A stretch of 64,000 nt of DNA from Candidatus Parcubacteria bacterium. GTDB lineage: Bacteria > Patescibacteriota > Minisyncoccia > UBA6257 > HR35. Within the stretch, counting starts at the first letter, position 1, and each line of letters starts with the position of its first letter. Shown here piece by piece: positions 40,131 through 51,052 of this stretch. The position numbers and the translations under genes are program-made. The notes beneath the pieces are model-generated. The model was not told the DNA's origin. It was given only the letters and a program-made list of their open reading frames with translations, and did not search any database. The stretch lies in the NCBI GenBank assembly GCA_026004495.1, contig BPJG01000001.1, positions 350,858 through 414,857 of the forward strand. Direction: 5' to 3'.

Positions 40131-41405
40131 TTATAATTTTAAACGCTTTTTTATTTCTTCAATAATATTATTAATTGAAATTATATCTTGAGATCTTTTA
40201 TGCATATCTTTTAGAATAACGGTTTTATTTCCTATTTCCTGATGACCAACAATCAAACAAAATCTTACTCCTAATTTATTAGCTAACTCTAATTGAGACG
40301 AAAGAGTATTTTTACTAAAATTTTCAAAAACTTGAATACAATTTCTTGAAAGCTCGTCATAAATTTTCAGAGCATAATCTTTAGTTTTTTCTGTTGTATG
40401 AGCTATAAATATCCTCAATTTCTTATTTTCTTTAAACTTAATATTATGAATTTTAAGAATTTCTATTAATCTTTCAATTCCTATGGCTCCACCTGTTGAT
40501 GGCGTATTTTTACCTCCTAAATATTGAGCTAAATTATCATATCTTCCACCACCTCCTATAGCTTTATTGCTTTCGGTAAAAAAAATTTCAAAGACAGTTT
40601 TATTATAATAATCAAAACCTCTTACCAATGAGGAATCTAATTCATATTTTATTTCTAAAATATCTAAATATTCTAATACTTTACTTATATGATTTTCACA
40701 ATCTTTACAAAGATAATTAATAATATTTGGAGCATCTTTTTTATATTTCTCATCTTTTTCTTTTTTACAATCTAATAATCTTAAAGGATTTTTTTTATAT
40801 CTCTTTTGACAATCAGGGCAAATATTTTTTAAATTTTTTCGGTAATATTTTTTTAAATCTTTAAGGTATGATTTTCTATCTTTTTTACAGCCCAAGCTGT
40901 TAATTTTAAAAATATAATCAATAAGTTTAAATTTTTTAAAAAATCTATCGAAAACTTCAATAATTTGAGCATCATAAACAGGATCAGCACTTCCAATAAT
41001 TTCTAATCCCCATTGATAATGCTCTCTAAATCTACCTGCCTGAGGTTTTTCACGACGATACATTTTATCAATATAAAATAGTTTTACTGGCTGAGGAAAT
41101 GAATGCATGCCATTTTGAAGATAGGCTCTAATAATACTAGCTGTTCCCTCAGGTTTTAAGACATATTTATTTCCTCCTTCTTTTTCTTTTATATAAAACA
41201 TTTCTTTTTCAATTACATCAGTAGTATTACCTAGTGAACTAGTAAAAACCCTTTCGTCTTCTAAGGCAGGTGTTTGAATATAATTAAAAGAATATATTAA
41301 ACTATGATCAATAACTTCATTTTTTAAATTAATAAAAAAATCAGCTTCTTCAAATAATAGATCATATGTGCCTCGAGGTCTTTGGATGACAGTTTTAAAT
41401 TTCAT
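40131..41405 (-). CDS. hisS: Histidyl-tRNA synthetase
   Basis: PRGTYD, PEGTA, REKPQAGRFRE, LVRGFDYY, GGGRYD, AIGIERL. Confidence 0.97.
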   Translation of the reverse strand: MKFKTVIQRPRGTYDLLFEEADFFINLKNEVIDHSLIYSFNYIQTPALEDERVFTSSLGNTTDVIEKEMFYIKEKEGGNKYVLKPEGTASIIRAYLQNGMHSFPQPVKLFYIDKMYRREKPQAGRFREHYQWGLEIIGSADPVYDAQIIEVFDRFFKKFKLIDYIFKINSLGCKKDRKSYLKDLKKYYRKNLKNICPDCQKRYKKNPLRLLDCKKEKDEKYKKDAPNIINYLCKDCENHISKVLEYLDILEIKYELDSSLVRGFDYYNKTVFEIFFTESNKAIGGGGRYDNLAQYLGGKNTPSTGGAIGIERLIEILKIHNIKFKENKKLRIFIAHTTEKTKDYALKIYDELSRNCIQVFENFSKNTLSSQLELANKLGVRFCLIVGHQEIGNKTVILKDMHKRSQDIISINNIIEEIKKRLKL

Positions 41406-41419
41406 ATTAATATATTATT

Positions 41420-41968
41420 TTAAATATTAGTCTGATTTATAATATTGATAAATTTACTTAAAATAGTTAATCTAAAAATAACCTTTCCAATTATTTTATC
41501 TTTTTTTAGTTGACTATTCCATTTTCTTGAATCAAAGCTTTCATCTCTATTATCGCCTAAAACAAAATATTCATCATTATTTAGGGTTATTTCCATATCT
41601 TCCATATGAAAGTTTTCTCTTTTTATATAATTTTCTTCTAGTTTAAAACCTTTATTATATTCCTTATTAAAAATAAAAATCTGATTATCTTTAATAAGTA
41701 TTTTTTCACCAGGTAGCCCAATTATTCTTTTGATATAGTATTTTTTCGTATTAACTGGTGGAATGAAAACTATAACCTCGCCTCTTTGAGGAGAACTAAA
41801 ACGAGTACAAATTTTACAAACAATTAAATAGTCAGCATTGTGAAAATTAGGTTCCATACTTTCGCCAACTACAATAAATGGCTCAAAGATGAATAATCTG
41901 ATTGGCAAAAAAACAAGGATAAAAATTAAAAATAATTCACCTATTTCTATTAAGAGAGATCTAATCAT
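41420..41968 (-). CDS. lepB: Signal peptidase I
   Basis: GESMEPNF, IKRIIGLPGE, YFVLGDNR..SFDSR. Confidence 0.96.
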   Translation of the reverse strand: MIRSLLIEIGELFLIFILVFLPIRLFIFEPFIVVGESMEPNFHNADYLIVCKICTRFSSPQRGEVIVFIPPVNTKKYYIKRIIGLPGEKILIKDNQIFIFNKEYNKGFKLEENYIKRENFHMEDMEITLNNDEYFVLGDNRDESFDSRKWNSQLKKDKIIGKVIFRLTILSKFINIINQTNI

Positions 41969-42023
41969 TTTGTTAACTTTTAATTTATCAAGAAGAGATT
42001 TTTAATTATAATATTTAATTATA

Positions 42024-42587
42024 ATGGAAAAAATAAATAAAATCAAGATAATTTTTGGATTAGGCAATCCAGGTGATAAATATTTTAATACCCCCCATAA
42101 TTTTGGTAGAGATTTATTATTTAACTTGATCCAAAAAAATTTAATTTTTTGTAATAATAATTATAATCTAGCCTTTTATAAAAATATATACTTAGCAATT
42201 TCTAATAGATTTATGAATGAATCGGGTATAGTTCTAAAAGAGATTATTAAAAAAATTAATATTAAAAATACAGAAGAAATTTTAGTTATTCATGATGAAG
42301 CCGATTTGCCATTTTTATATTTGAAGATAACCTTTAATAAATCTTCATCAATGCATAAAGGAATAGAATCTATTTATAAATATTGCGGAAAAAATATTTG
42401 GCGGTTAAGGATAGGTATTCAAGATAATCTAAGAAAGAAGGCAGAAGAATTAATATTAAAAAAACTAAAAGGTAAAAAATTAAAATTATGGCAAGAAGCT
42501 AAGAAAAAAAATAACAAATTGATAGATCTTTTTTTAGCTAAGCCTATATATAAGATCTCGATAGATAAAACATTTTTATTAAAATAA
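42024..42587 (+). CDS. pth: Peptidyl-tRNA hydrolase
   Basis: GLGNPG, TPHNFG, FMNESG, VIHDE, RLRIGI. Confidence 0.92.
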   Translation: MEKINKIKIIFGLGNPGDKYFNTPHNFGRDLLFNLIQKNLIFCNNNYNLAFYKNIYLAISNRFMNESGIVLKEIIKKINIKNTEEILVIHDEADLPFLYLKITFNKSSSMHKGIESIYKYCGKNIWRLRIGIQDNLRKKAEELILKKLKGKKLKLWQEAKKKNNKLIDLFLAKPIYKISIDKTFLLK

Positions 42588-42597
42588 AAACTAGCCC

Positions 42598-43428
42598 TTA
42601 AAGATAACCTAATTCTTTTAATTTATCTCGATATTCCCATTCCCATAATTCCTTACAGGCTAAGAACCCCTTAAAATCTTCTTCAGGATTGTCAAATTCT
42701 TTAAATTCCCAATCATCAATAATTTCTCCAAATTTATGCTGACAACTATTATCTCCTCCTTTTATTTTATCCCCCATTCTTCTAACAATTTTTTTTGCTC
42801 CACATAATTCACAGATCTGTATTTGATTAACTCTAAGAATATATCTTTTTTCAACATTTTTACTTAAAATAATTTTTCTATTTTTATTATCTAATAAAAT
42901 AGGTTCTTCATTTAAGGCATAAAAATAGGCTGATGTTTGAAGTCGGTAGTCATCATAAACTTCCGCAGCAGTTTTAATATCGACTAAAGAAAAAACGCCA
43001 TCAATTTCAGCTAAAATATCAAATGTTCCACTATATCGATAATCACTATGTTTAATTCTTTTTTCAATCCAGTCAGTTTTCGTTATCAAATTATAATTTT
43101 TTAAAAAATTCTCAAATCCCTTTTTAAATCCTATAAATTCGGGTGGTACAATTATTTCTTTTCCCCTAACTATACTTTCTAAAATTTCATGAACTATTGT
43201 ACCTTCATAAGCAGCCTCCCTTTTTTTATTTTGAGCCTCAGTAAAATTTTCTGCTGCGGCATAAAAATAATACAACGCAGGTTTGCTCTTAATATCAACA
43301 ATAGAAGTAACTCGTGGGTACCATATTCCATCTAAAATATATCCATGTCTTTTTTTAAATTCTTCTAAACTAAGATCTTTATAATTAAACATTATATTTT
43401 TTAAATATAAATTATTATAATTATACAT
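42598..43428 (-). CDS. PD-(D/E)XK nuclease-family protein with zinc-ribbon-like insert
   Basis: YPRVTSI, GTIVH, E..., YSGTFD, VDIKT, LQTSAY; CELC...CQH. Confidence 0.8.
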   Translation of the reverse strand: MYNYNNLYLKNIMFNYKDLSLEEFKKRHGYILDGIWYPRVTSIVDIKSKPALYYFYAAAENFTEAQNKKREAAYEGTIVHEILESIVRGKEIIVPPEFIGFKKGFENFLKNYNLITKTDWIEKRIKHSDYRYSGTFDILAEIDGVFSLVDIKTAAEVYDDYRLQTSAYFYALNEEPILLDNKNRKIILSKNVEKRYILRVNQIQICELCGAKKIVRRMGDKIKGGDNSCQHKFGEIIDDWEFKEFDNPEEDFKGFLACKELWEWEYRDKLKELGYL

Positions 43429-43480
43429 AGATATTTAAATAAATTAAATTAAGATATTTTTTAAAAATTAAAATTTAATC

Positions 43481-43933
43481 ATGAATTTGATTTATTATCC
43501 TAATAAAATTTTAAAAATTAAAACGAAAAAAGTGGAAGCCTTTGATAAAAATTTAAGCAACATAATTAAAGAGATGAAAGAATTAATGGTTAAAAATAAC
43601 GGAGTTGGATTAGCGGCTAATCAAGTAGATTTAGATTTATCTTTATTTATAGCTAAGCCTAAAGATAAATTTTATATTTTTATTAATCCTGAAATAATGC
43701 TAGCCGAAGAAGAAGAAATTAAAGAAGAGGGTTGTTTAAGTATTCCCAATAAATGGGGCTTAGTTAAGAGATATAAAAAGATAAAAATTCAATATCAAGA
43801 TATTAAAGGTAAAAAAAGAACATTAAAAGCCTCAGGTTTATTAGCTCACATTATTCAACATGAAATTGATCACCTAAGTGGCATTCTTTTTATTGATAAG
43901 GCTATTGAAATTTATAATTTAAAAAATGACTAA
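43481..43933 (+). CDS. def: Peptide deformylase
   Basis: GVGLAANQ, EGCLS, QHEIDHLSG. Confidence 0.97.
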   Translation: MNLIYYPNKILKIKTKKVEAFDKNLSNIIKEMKELMVKNNGVGLAANQVDLDLSLFIAKPKDKFYIFINPEIMLAEEEEIKEEGCLSIPNKWGLVKRYKKIKIQYQDIKGKKRTLKASGLLAHIIQHEIDHLSGILFIDKAIEIYNLKND

Positions 43934-44864
43934 AAAATTAGATTTTTGTTTTTTAGGTTCAAGTGAATTTTCTATATATTGCTTGAAAGAAATAATTAAA
44001 GAATATATTCCTTCTTTGATTATTACCTTACCTGCGAAAAGAAGGGGTAGAGGTTTAAAACTTCAACCTAATCAGGTCTATACTTTTTGTTTAAAAAATA
44101 AGTTAAATGTTATTGAATTAAATGATTGGCTAGCTTTTAATAATTTATATTTTAAATTTGGCCTTATCGCTGGCTTCGGGAAAGTAATTCCTAAAGAAAT
44201 TTTGAAAAATTTCAATAATCAAATTCTTAATATCCATCCTTCTTTATTACCTAAATATCGTGGCGCTAATCCCATTCGCGAAACAATCTTAAATGGCGAT
44301 AAAGAAACTGGTGTTACTATTATTTTAATTGATGAATTAGTTGATCATGGGCCCATCATTGCTCAAGAAAAAATAATTTTAACTGGCAATGAAACCTATA
44401 TTGAACTACAAGCTATTTTAGGAAAGTTAGGAGGAAAATTATTTAATAAGATTATTTTGGATTATTTTAACAATAAAATAGAATTAAAAACCCAAGATCA
44501 TGGACAAGCTACGTGGACTCGAAAAATAAACAAAAATGATGGTTTACTAAATATAGAAGAATCTTTTGTTATTTGGGACAGGAAAATTAGAGCCTTAAAC
44601 CCTTGGCCAGGTACTTTTATGAAAATTAATTTAAAGCATGAAGAAAAAATATTAAAAATATTTAAAATAGAAAAAATAATTTCAAAAGATAAAGAATTAG
44701 AAAATTTAAAAATCGGAGAATTTTTTAGATACAAAAATGAATTAGGAATAAAAATATTAGATAGCTATATCATAATTAAAGAATTACAACTTCAAGATAG
44801 AAAGAAGATGTCTTCTAAGGAATTTCTTAATGGCTATAGCTTAGAGTGGTTGAAAATTATATAA
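43926..44864 (+). CDS. fmt: Methionyl-tRNA formyltransferase
   Basis: NIHPSLLPKYRGANP, ETGVT, DHGPI, IRALNPWP. Confidence 0.96.
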   Translation: MTKKLDFCFLGSSEFSIYCLKEIIKEYIPSLIITLPAKRRGRGLKLQPNQVYTFCLKNKLNVIELNDWLAFNNLYFKFGLIAGFGKVIPKEILKNFNNQILNIHPSLLPKYRGANPIRETILNGDKETGVTIILIDELVDHGPIIAQEKIILTGNETYIELQAILGKLGGKLFNKIILDYFNNKIELKTQDHGQATWTRKINKNDGLLNIEESFVIWDRKIRALNPWPGTFMKINLKHEEKILKIFKIEKIISKDKELENLKIGEFFRYKNELGIKILDSYIIIKELQLQDRKKMSSKEFLNGYSLEWLKII

Positions 44865-44875
44865 GAAATTTTTTA

Positions 44876-45565
44876 CTATCCTTGAGGATAAAAATTAGTA
44901 CTTGTTGATCCAGGCAAAAGTGTTTTGTCTGGTCCTGATTCATAAATATAGGGATTATTACCTCCATCATTTTGTTCTTCTGTTAATCTACCCTCAAGAT
45001 TAGCATTCAATTCATAACTCATCTCTGGTGATTTGCAGGTAAAAGCATAATAAAAAGATCCTGAAAGATTACTATTTCTTGGATCTAAGGGTAAGCTTGT
45101 TAAATTAATATATGTTGATGTTCCTATTGGAACAGGTAACCAACCTGGCGGATTGTTTGTTGTACTAGTAGCTGTAGTTATTGAATTAGTAGCTCTTGCT
45201 CCTGTAAATGGAGAGGTGGTACCAATAGATCCTGTTTCATTAGCTGAATAAAAAATTGTTGGAGTTGAACCACCAAGACATCCTCCATTAAAACTATTTA
45301 TTGTTCCACCAGTATTTAAAGTTGTACTTGAAGGAACAAATACTATATCTGTTCCTTTTTGGGTTATATCGGCGATATATAAATCAATCGCCCTGCTTAA
45401 ATTATTTAAATCAGCAATACGACGACTATCTCTCATGTTGACAAAAATTTGTTGAGGCTTAATAATAGTTATCAAAATTGCTGCTAGTGTAGCTATTATT
45501 GCTAAAACAATTATTAATTCAATTAAAGTAAATCCTATTTTTTTATCTTTGTAATTAATATGCAT
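44876..45565 (-). CDS. Type IV pilin / pseudopilin
   Basis: G|FTLIELIIVLAII, RDSRRIADL, LPLDP. Confidence 0.9.
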   Translation of the reverse strand: MHINYKDKKIGFTLIELIIVLAIIATLAAILITIIKPQQIFVNMRDSRRIADLNNLSRAIDLYIADITQKGTDIVFVPSSTTLNTGGTINSFNGGCLGGSTPTIFYSANETGSIGTTSPFTGARATNSITTATSTTNNPPGWLPVPIGTSTYINLTSLPLDPRNSNLSGSFYYAFTCKSPEMSYELNANLEGRLTEEQNDGGNNPYIYESGPDKTLLPGSTSTNFYPQG

Positions 45566-45716
45566 TTCTTTAATTTTTATATTTTTTTAATTTTAAATTT
45601 ATTTTTTAATAATACGACCCTAATCTAATAATTTTTTTATAGTTTTTAGTGCTATTAAAAAATTATAAAATATTTTTGAAAATAATTCTATAAAATTGTG
45701 GATATTTATTGATAAA

Positions 45717-46091
45717 CTAAGAGATCCTTAAGTTAGAAAATTCTTTTATCTTAGATACTAATTCATCTAAAGAAAGACCTGCTTTCACAAAGTATTCTTT
45801 AACTCCTAATTTCTTTCCTCTTTGAATATCTTCTGATTGTCCTAAGTTGGAAATTATAAAAACTGGAATATCTTTCAAGTTAACATCCTTATTAATTTCT
45901 TCCAATATATAAAAACCACTTTTTTTAGGTAAAATTATATCTAATAATATTAAATCAGGTTTTTCGATAACTATTTTATTTAATGCTTCCTCTCCGTCGC
46001 TAGCAGTTAGGATATCAAAACCCTCATTTTTTATTTTTTTTTCTAGTAAAGTTCTTAAAAATTTATCATCTTCTACTATTAAAATTTTCAT
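45717..46091 (-). CDS. Single-domain response regulator (receiver only)
   Basis: MKILIVEDD, PDLILLDIILP, SNL, FVK; start placed at the Met before KIL. Confidence 0.92.
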   Translation of the reverse strand: MKILIVEDDKFLRTLLEKKIKNEGFDILTASDGEEALNKIVIEKPDLILLDIILPKKSGFYILEEINKDVNLKDIPVFIISNLGQSEDIQRGKKLGVKEYFVKAGLSLDELVSKIKEFSNLRIS

Positions 46092-46198
46092 TATTAAACT
46101 TGTCATTATCATTAATATTTTCTATTAAATCAAGCAATTAAAATAAAAAATTTTCTAATTAAACATTTAATATTCATTAAAGGTTGTTCATTAAAAGG

Positions 46199-47800
<1,602 letters not shown>

Positions 47801-47866
47801 TCTTTAATTTAAAATTCTCAATTTATAGAGTACAATAAAATCAATTATCACCTATTTAGATTAAAA

Positions 47867-47928
47867 TTTTTAAGAACAAAAAATAATTCTAGTTATAAAA
47901 ATTATAAGAATATTTTTAAAAAATTCAA
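47867..47928 (-). promoter_or_regulatory. Probable rRNA promoter plus boxA-like element
   Basis: TTGAAT(47928-23)-N16-TATAAT(47906-01); TGTTCTTAAAAA at 47878-67. Confidence 0.55.
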
Positions 47929-47954
47929 GTTAGATTAATTTTTAAATTTAATTT

Positions 47955-48026
47955 TGCCTGAGGAGGGAATCGAACCCCCGACGCCGGGCTCTTCAGGCCC
48001 GCGCTCTACCACTGAGCTACCCAGGC
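47955..48026 (-). tRNA. tRNA-Phe(GAA)
   Basis: Cloverleaf with CGGGC-CTGAAGA-GCCCG anticodon arm. Confidence 0.96.
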
Positions 48027-48127
48027 GCTTTATATATTGATACTTTATTTTATTTTTTTATTATGATATAATTTAAATTTCGAAAGTAAGTTTTCTTAAA
48101 TTAATTATAAAACAAAGATATATAAAA

Positions 48128-48727
48128 ATGCAATATTCGCAACTTATTCCCTATGTTATTGAAAAAACTAATCAAGGTGAAAGAGCTTATGATATTTACT
48201 CAAGATTGTTAAAGGATAGAATAATAATTTTAGGTACTCCAATTAATGATCAGATTGCAAACATTATTATAGCTCAAATTTTATTTTTAGAACACGAAGA
48301 TCCTGAAAAGACAATTTATCTTTATATAAATTCCCCAGGAGGTGTGGTAACTTCGGCGCTAGCTATTTATGACACAATTCAATACATTAAAGCAGATGTT
48401 TCTACAATTGGCTTAGGGATGGTAGCTTCTGCTGCCTCTCTGTTATTAGCCTCAGGAACAAAAGGAAAAAGAATGGTTTTACCCAATACTGAAATTTTAT
48501 TACATCAAGTTATGGGACAAGCAGAAGGACAAGCCGTTGATATTGAAATTACAGCTAAGCAGATTTTAAAAATAAAATCAAAAGTCAATCAAATATTAGC
48601 TAAACATACAGGACAACCTTTAGAAAAAATTGAGAGAGATACAGATAGAGATTTTTATTTAACTGCAGAAGAGGCTAAGGATTACGGTTTAATAGATAAA
48701 ATCATAAATTATAGTAATAAAAAATAA
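48128..48727 (+). CDS. clpP: ATP-dependent Clp protease proteolytic subunit
   Basis: [33 protein letters not shown]. Confidence 0.97.
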   Translation: MQYSQLIPYVIEKTNQGERAYDIYSRLLKDRIIILGTPINDQIANIIIAQILFLEHEDPEKTIYLYINSPGGVVTSALAIYDTIQYIKADVSTIGLGMVASAASLLLASGTKGKRMVLPNTEILLHQVMGQAEGQAVDIEITAKQILKIKSKVNQILAKHTGQPLEKIERDTDRDFYLTAEEAKDYGLIDKIINYSNKK

Positions 48728-48769
48728 AAAATAAATAAAATTTAAGTTATAAACATAGCTAAAATAATT

Positions 48770-50308
48770 ATGTATAAACAGAGCAATATTTTAATACTTT
48801 TAGGTGGTATTTTGGTTGGCTCTTTTTTAACTTCATCTTTGTTATTAGGCTATTTAAGATATAATAATCAAAATAATATTAATAAAAATATAGAGTCTTA
48901 TAAGAATAATTATTTTGAAAATAATTTTGATAATTTAAATTTAAAAAAAAGTACTTCCAATATTGATAATAATGAGATTAATAATATTGATTATGATACT
49001 TTAGATGATGAATATAATTTTACTTATGAAGAATTAAAACCTCAAATTGACGATAAAGCTAAAAAAAATTTAGAAAATAAGACTAGCGATAAAAATCAAA
49101 AACTTAAAAATAAAGATAATAACAATAATAACCAACAATTATTAACGAATATTGTCGCTCTACTTAATACTTTTAGAAATAATTCTTCTTATGATTTAAA
49201 TTTAAATAATAATACTTCTTCTAATAATAATAATACTAATAAAAATTATTCTAATAACAATCAGGATAATAACATAAATAACAATAACAATTTAAATAAT
49301 AATTCTAACGATTCTAACAATAATTCTGACTATAATAATAATTCAAGTAATAATTCAAATAATTCAAATAACTCTGATAATTCAAACGAAGAGGTAAATA
49401 TTGATAATAATAATAGCGATAGAAAAATTTTAATATCCGAAATATTAATTGACGGTGGTAATTCTAATGATGAATATATTGAGTTATATAATCCTAATAA
49501 TTTTGAAGTAAATCTTAGTAATTGGAAATTGGTAAAAGTTAATAAAAATGGAAATCAGCAAGTTATTATTGGTTTAAGAACAAGAGAAACATTTGAAAAT
49601 AAAATTATTAGACCATTTTCTTATCTTTTAATTGCTAATGTCGATGGTTTTTACTCTAATATGGCTGACATAAGATATTCTAGTAGTTATAATTTAGCTA
49701 AGGATAATAGCATTATGTTATTAGATAATAATAATAGAATAGTTGATTTAGTAGGTTGGGGTAATGCAAGAAATTATGAGGTTAATTCCTTTTTTTCTAA
49801 TCCATCTCAAGGCTTATCTTTAAATAGAAAAGCTGGTGAAGAATCTACTGGGGAATCTATGAATAATTTAGAAGCTAGCTTCGGTAATTCTTTTGATTCA
49901 AACAATAATAACTCAGATTTTGTTTTAATGAATCCCAATCCTCAAAATAGTAATAGCTCTCAAGAAATACCGCCAAAAGAAATTCAATTAATTAATTTTG
50001 AAGATAACGATAATTTATTGATTTTTGAAATTAAATCTCCTTATCAAGAATTAGATAACAGCAGGTATGTTGTTTTAGGCTTCGAAATCGAAAATGATGA
50101 ACAAAATGTTGATAGTTTTATTAAAAATAATTGGCAAAATTTTGTTATTAATAATATGAATTTACCTTCTGTTATATTTTATGGCAAAAACCAAAGAATA
50201 GAAATCAATATTAATAATAATAATGATGATGATGATGGGAAAATTTATTTACTAGCCTTAATAAGCAATAATCAATTAATTAATTGGGTTCCTGATTTAA
50301 ACGATTGA
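48770..50308 (+). CDS. Membrane-anchored protein with Asn-rich linker and lamin-tail-like domain
   Basis: N-terminal TM; poly-Asn tract; ILISEI...DEYIELYNP...NLSNWKL, VDLVGWG. Confidence 0.8.
   Translation: MYKQSNILILLGGILVGSFLTSSLLLGYLRYNNQNNINKNIESYKNNYFENNFDNLNLKKSTSNIDNNEINNIDYDTLDDEYNFTYEELKPQIDDKAKKNLENKTSDKNQKLKNKDNNNNNQQLLTNIVALLNTFRNNSSYDLNLNNNTSSNNNNTNKNYSNNNQDNNINNNNNLNNNSNDSNNNSDYNNNSSNNSNNSNNSDNSNEEVNIDNNNSDRKILISEILIDGGNSNDEYIELYNPNNFEVNLSNWKLVKVNKNGNQQVIIGLRTRETFENKIIRPFSYLLIANVDGFYSNMADIRYSSSYNLAKDNSIMLLDNNNRIVDLVGWGNARNYEVNSFFSNPSQGLSLNRKAGEESTGESMNNLEASFGNSFDSNNNNSDFVLMNPNPQNSNSSQEIPPKEIQLINFEDNDNLLIFEIKSPYQELDNSRYVVLGFEIENDEQNVDSFIKNNWQNFVINNMNLPSVIFYGKNQRIEININNNNDDDDGKIYLLALISNNQLINWVPDLND
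49110..49412. repeat. AAT-rich low-complexity tract (poly-Asn/Ser)
   Basis: Dense aat/aac/tct/tca codons. Confidence 0.8.
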
Positions 50309-50505
50309 TTCTTTTAAATAATAATTTAAAAAAATAACTTTCTTGATTTATTTTTAGAAGTATATTAATTTATTTTTTTATTTATAATAATCATTTATTT
50401 ATTGAGATTATAACTAAAAATATTAGCTTAGAAATAAAAACATAATCAGCAGAGGATTATTTTAATTTTGATATAATTATTTTATAATTTTAAAAATTAA
50501 TTTAA

Positions 50506-50577
50506 GGGCCGGTAGTTCAATGGCAGAACGTCGGTTTTGCACACCGAAGGTTGTGGGTTCGATTCCCACCCGGTCCA
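50506..50577 (+). tRNA. tRNA-Ala(TGC)
   Basis: G3.U70; TCGGT-TTTGCAC-ACCGA anticodon arm. Confidence 0.95.
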
Positions 50578-50593
50578 ATTTTTTTTAATTTAT

Positions 50594-50666
50594 CCCCCGG
50601 TAGCTCAATAGGAAGAGCAGGAGCGTTCTAAGCTCAAGGTTGGGGGTTCGACTCCCTCCCGGGGGA
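50594..50666 (+). tRNA. tRNA-Arg(TCT)
   Basis: CCCCCGG/CCGGGGG acceptor; anticodon loop GTTCTAA. Confidence 0.9.
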
Positions 50667-50677
50667 TATCAATAATA

Positions 50678-50710
50678 AAAAGAAAAGCCCTTATTCAGGG
50701 CTTTTTCTTT
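50678..50710. terminator. Intrinsic, probably bidirectional, terminator
   Basis: aaaagccct-tattc-agggctttt hairpin with A-tract before and T-tract after. Confidence 0.8.
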
Positions 50711-50775
50711 AGAAAAGATGGAGCCGCTAATAAAACAATTTCAACCTCTTGCACCTTTTATATTATAATTTATAA

Positions 50776-50934
50776 ATGAATTTTTTAAAAATTTTTAAAA
50801 GCAATACAAAGTATATAATTATATTTTTTATAACTTTATTTTTGTTACTTTTTTCTTTTCAATTGGGTTTTATTTATGGATCAAAATTTTATGAATCTTG
50901 CCAAATAAATATTTTTAAAAATGGAAATAATTGA
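50776..50934 (+). CDS. Small membrane protein, 52 aa (not in ORF track)
   Basis: MNFLKIFKSNTKYIIIFFITLFLLLFSFQLGFIYGSKFYESCQINIFKNGNN*; TATAAT just upstream. Confidence 0.55.
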   Translation: MNFLKIFKSNTKYIIIFFITLFLLLFSFQLGFIYGSKFYESCQINIFKNGNN

Positions 50935-51052
50935 TAAAGTAATAAATTTTTTAGGAAATCTAATATTTTTTGGAGTGATGATTTGGTTGATAGTAAATAA
51001 GATTTTTAATTTAATTTTTGAAAAATTATCTTCCTACGGCTTTGGTAAATGA
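50921..51052 (+). CDS. Small membrane protein, 43 aa (not in ORF track)
   Basis: MEIIDKVINFLGNLIFFGVMIWLIVNKIFNLIFEKLSSYGFGK*; ATGA overlap with next gene. Confidence 0.55.
   Translation: MEIIDKVINFLGNLIFFGVMIWLIVNKIFNLIFEKLSSYGFGK

Noticed and set aside
42598-43428. Cas4/CRISPR system
   Set aside because: No other cas genes or array, and no four-Cys Fe-S arrangement typical of Cas4
45690-45710. DnaA-box-like TGTGGATAT as an origin
   Set aside because: Single imperfect box with no cluster and no dnaA nearby
50711-50760. Fluoride or preQ1 riboswitch
   Set aside because: Only short word matches (GATGGAG, AGAGGTT); the required stems are absent
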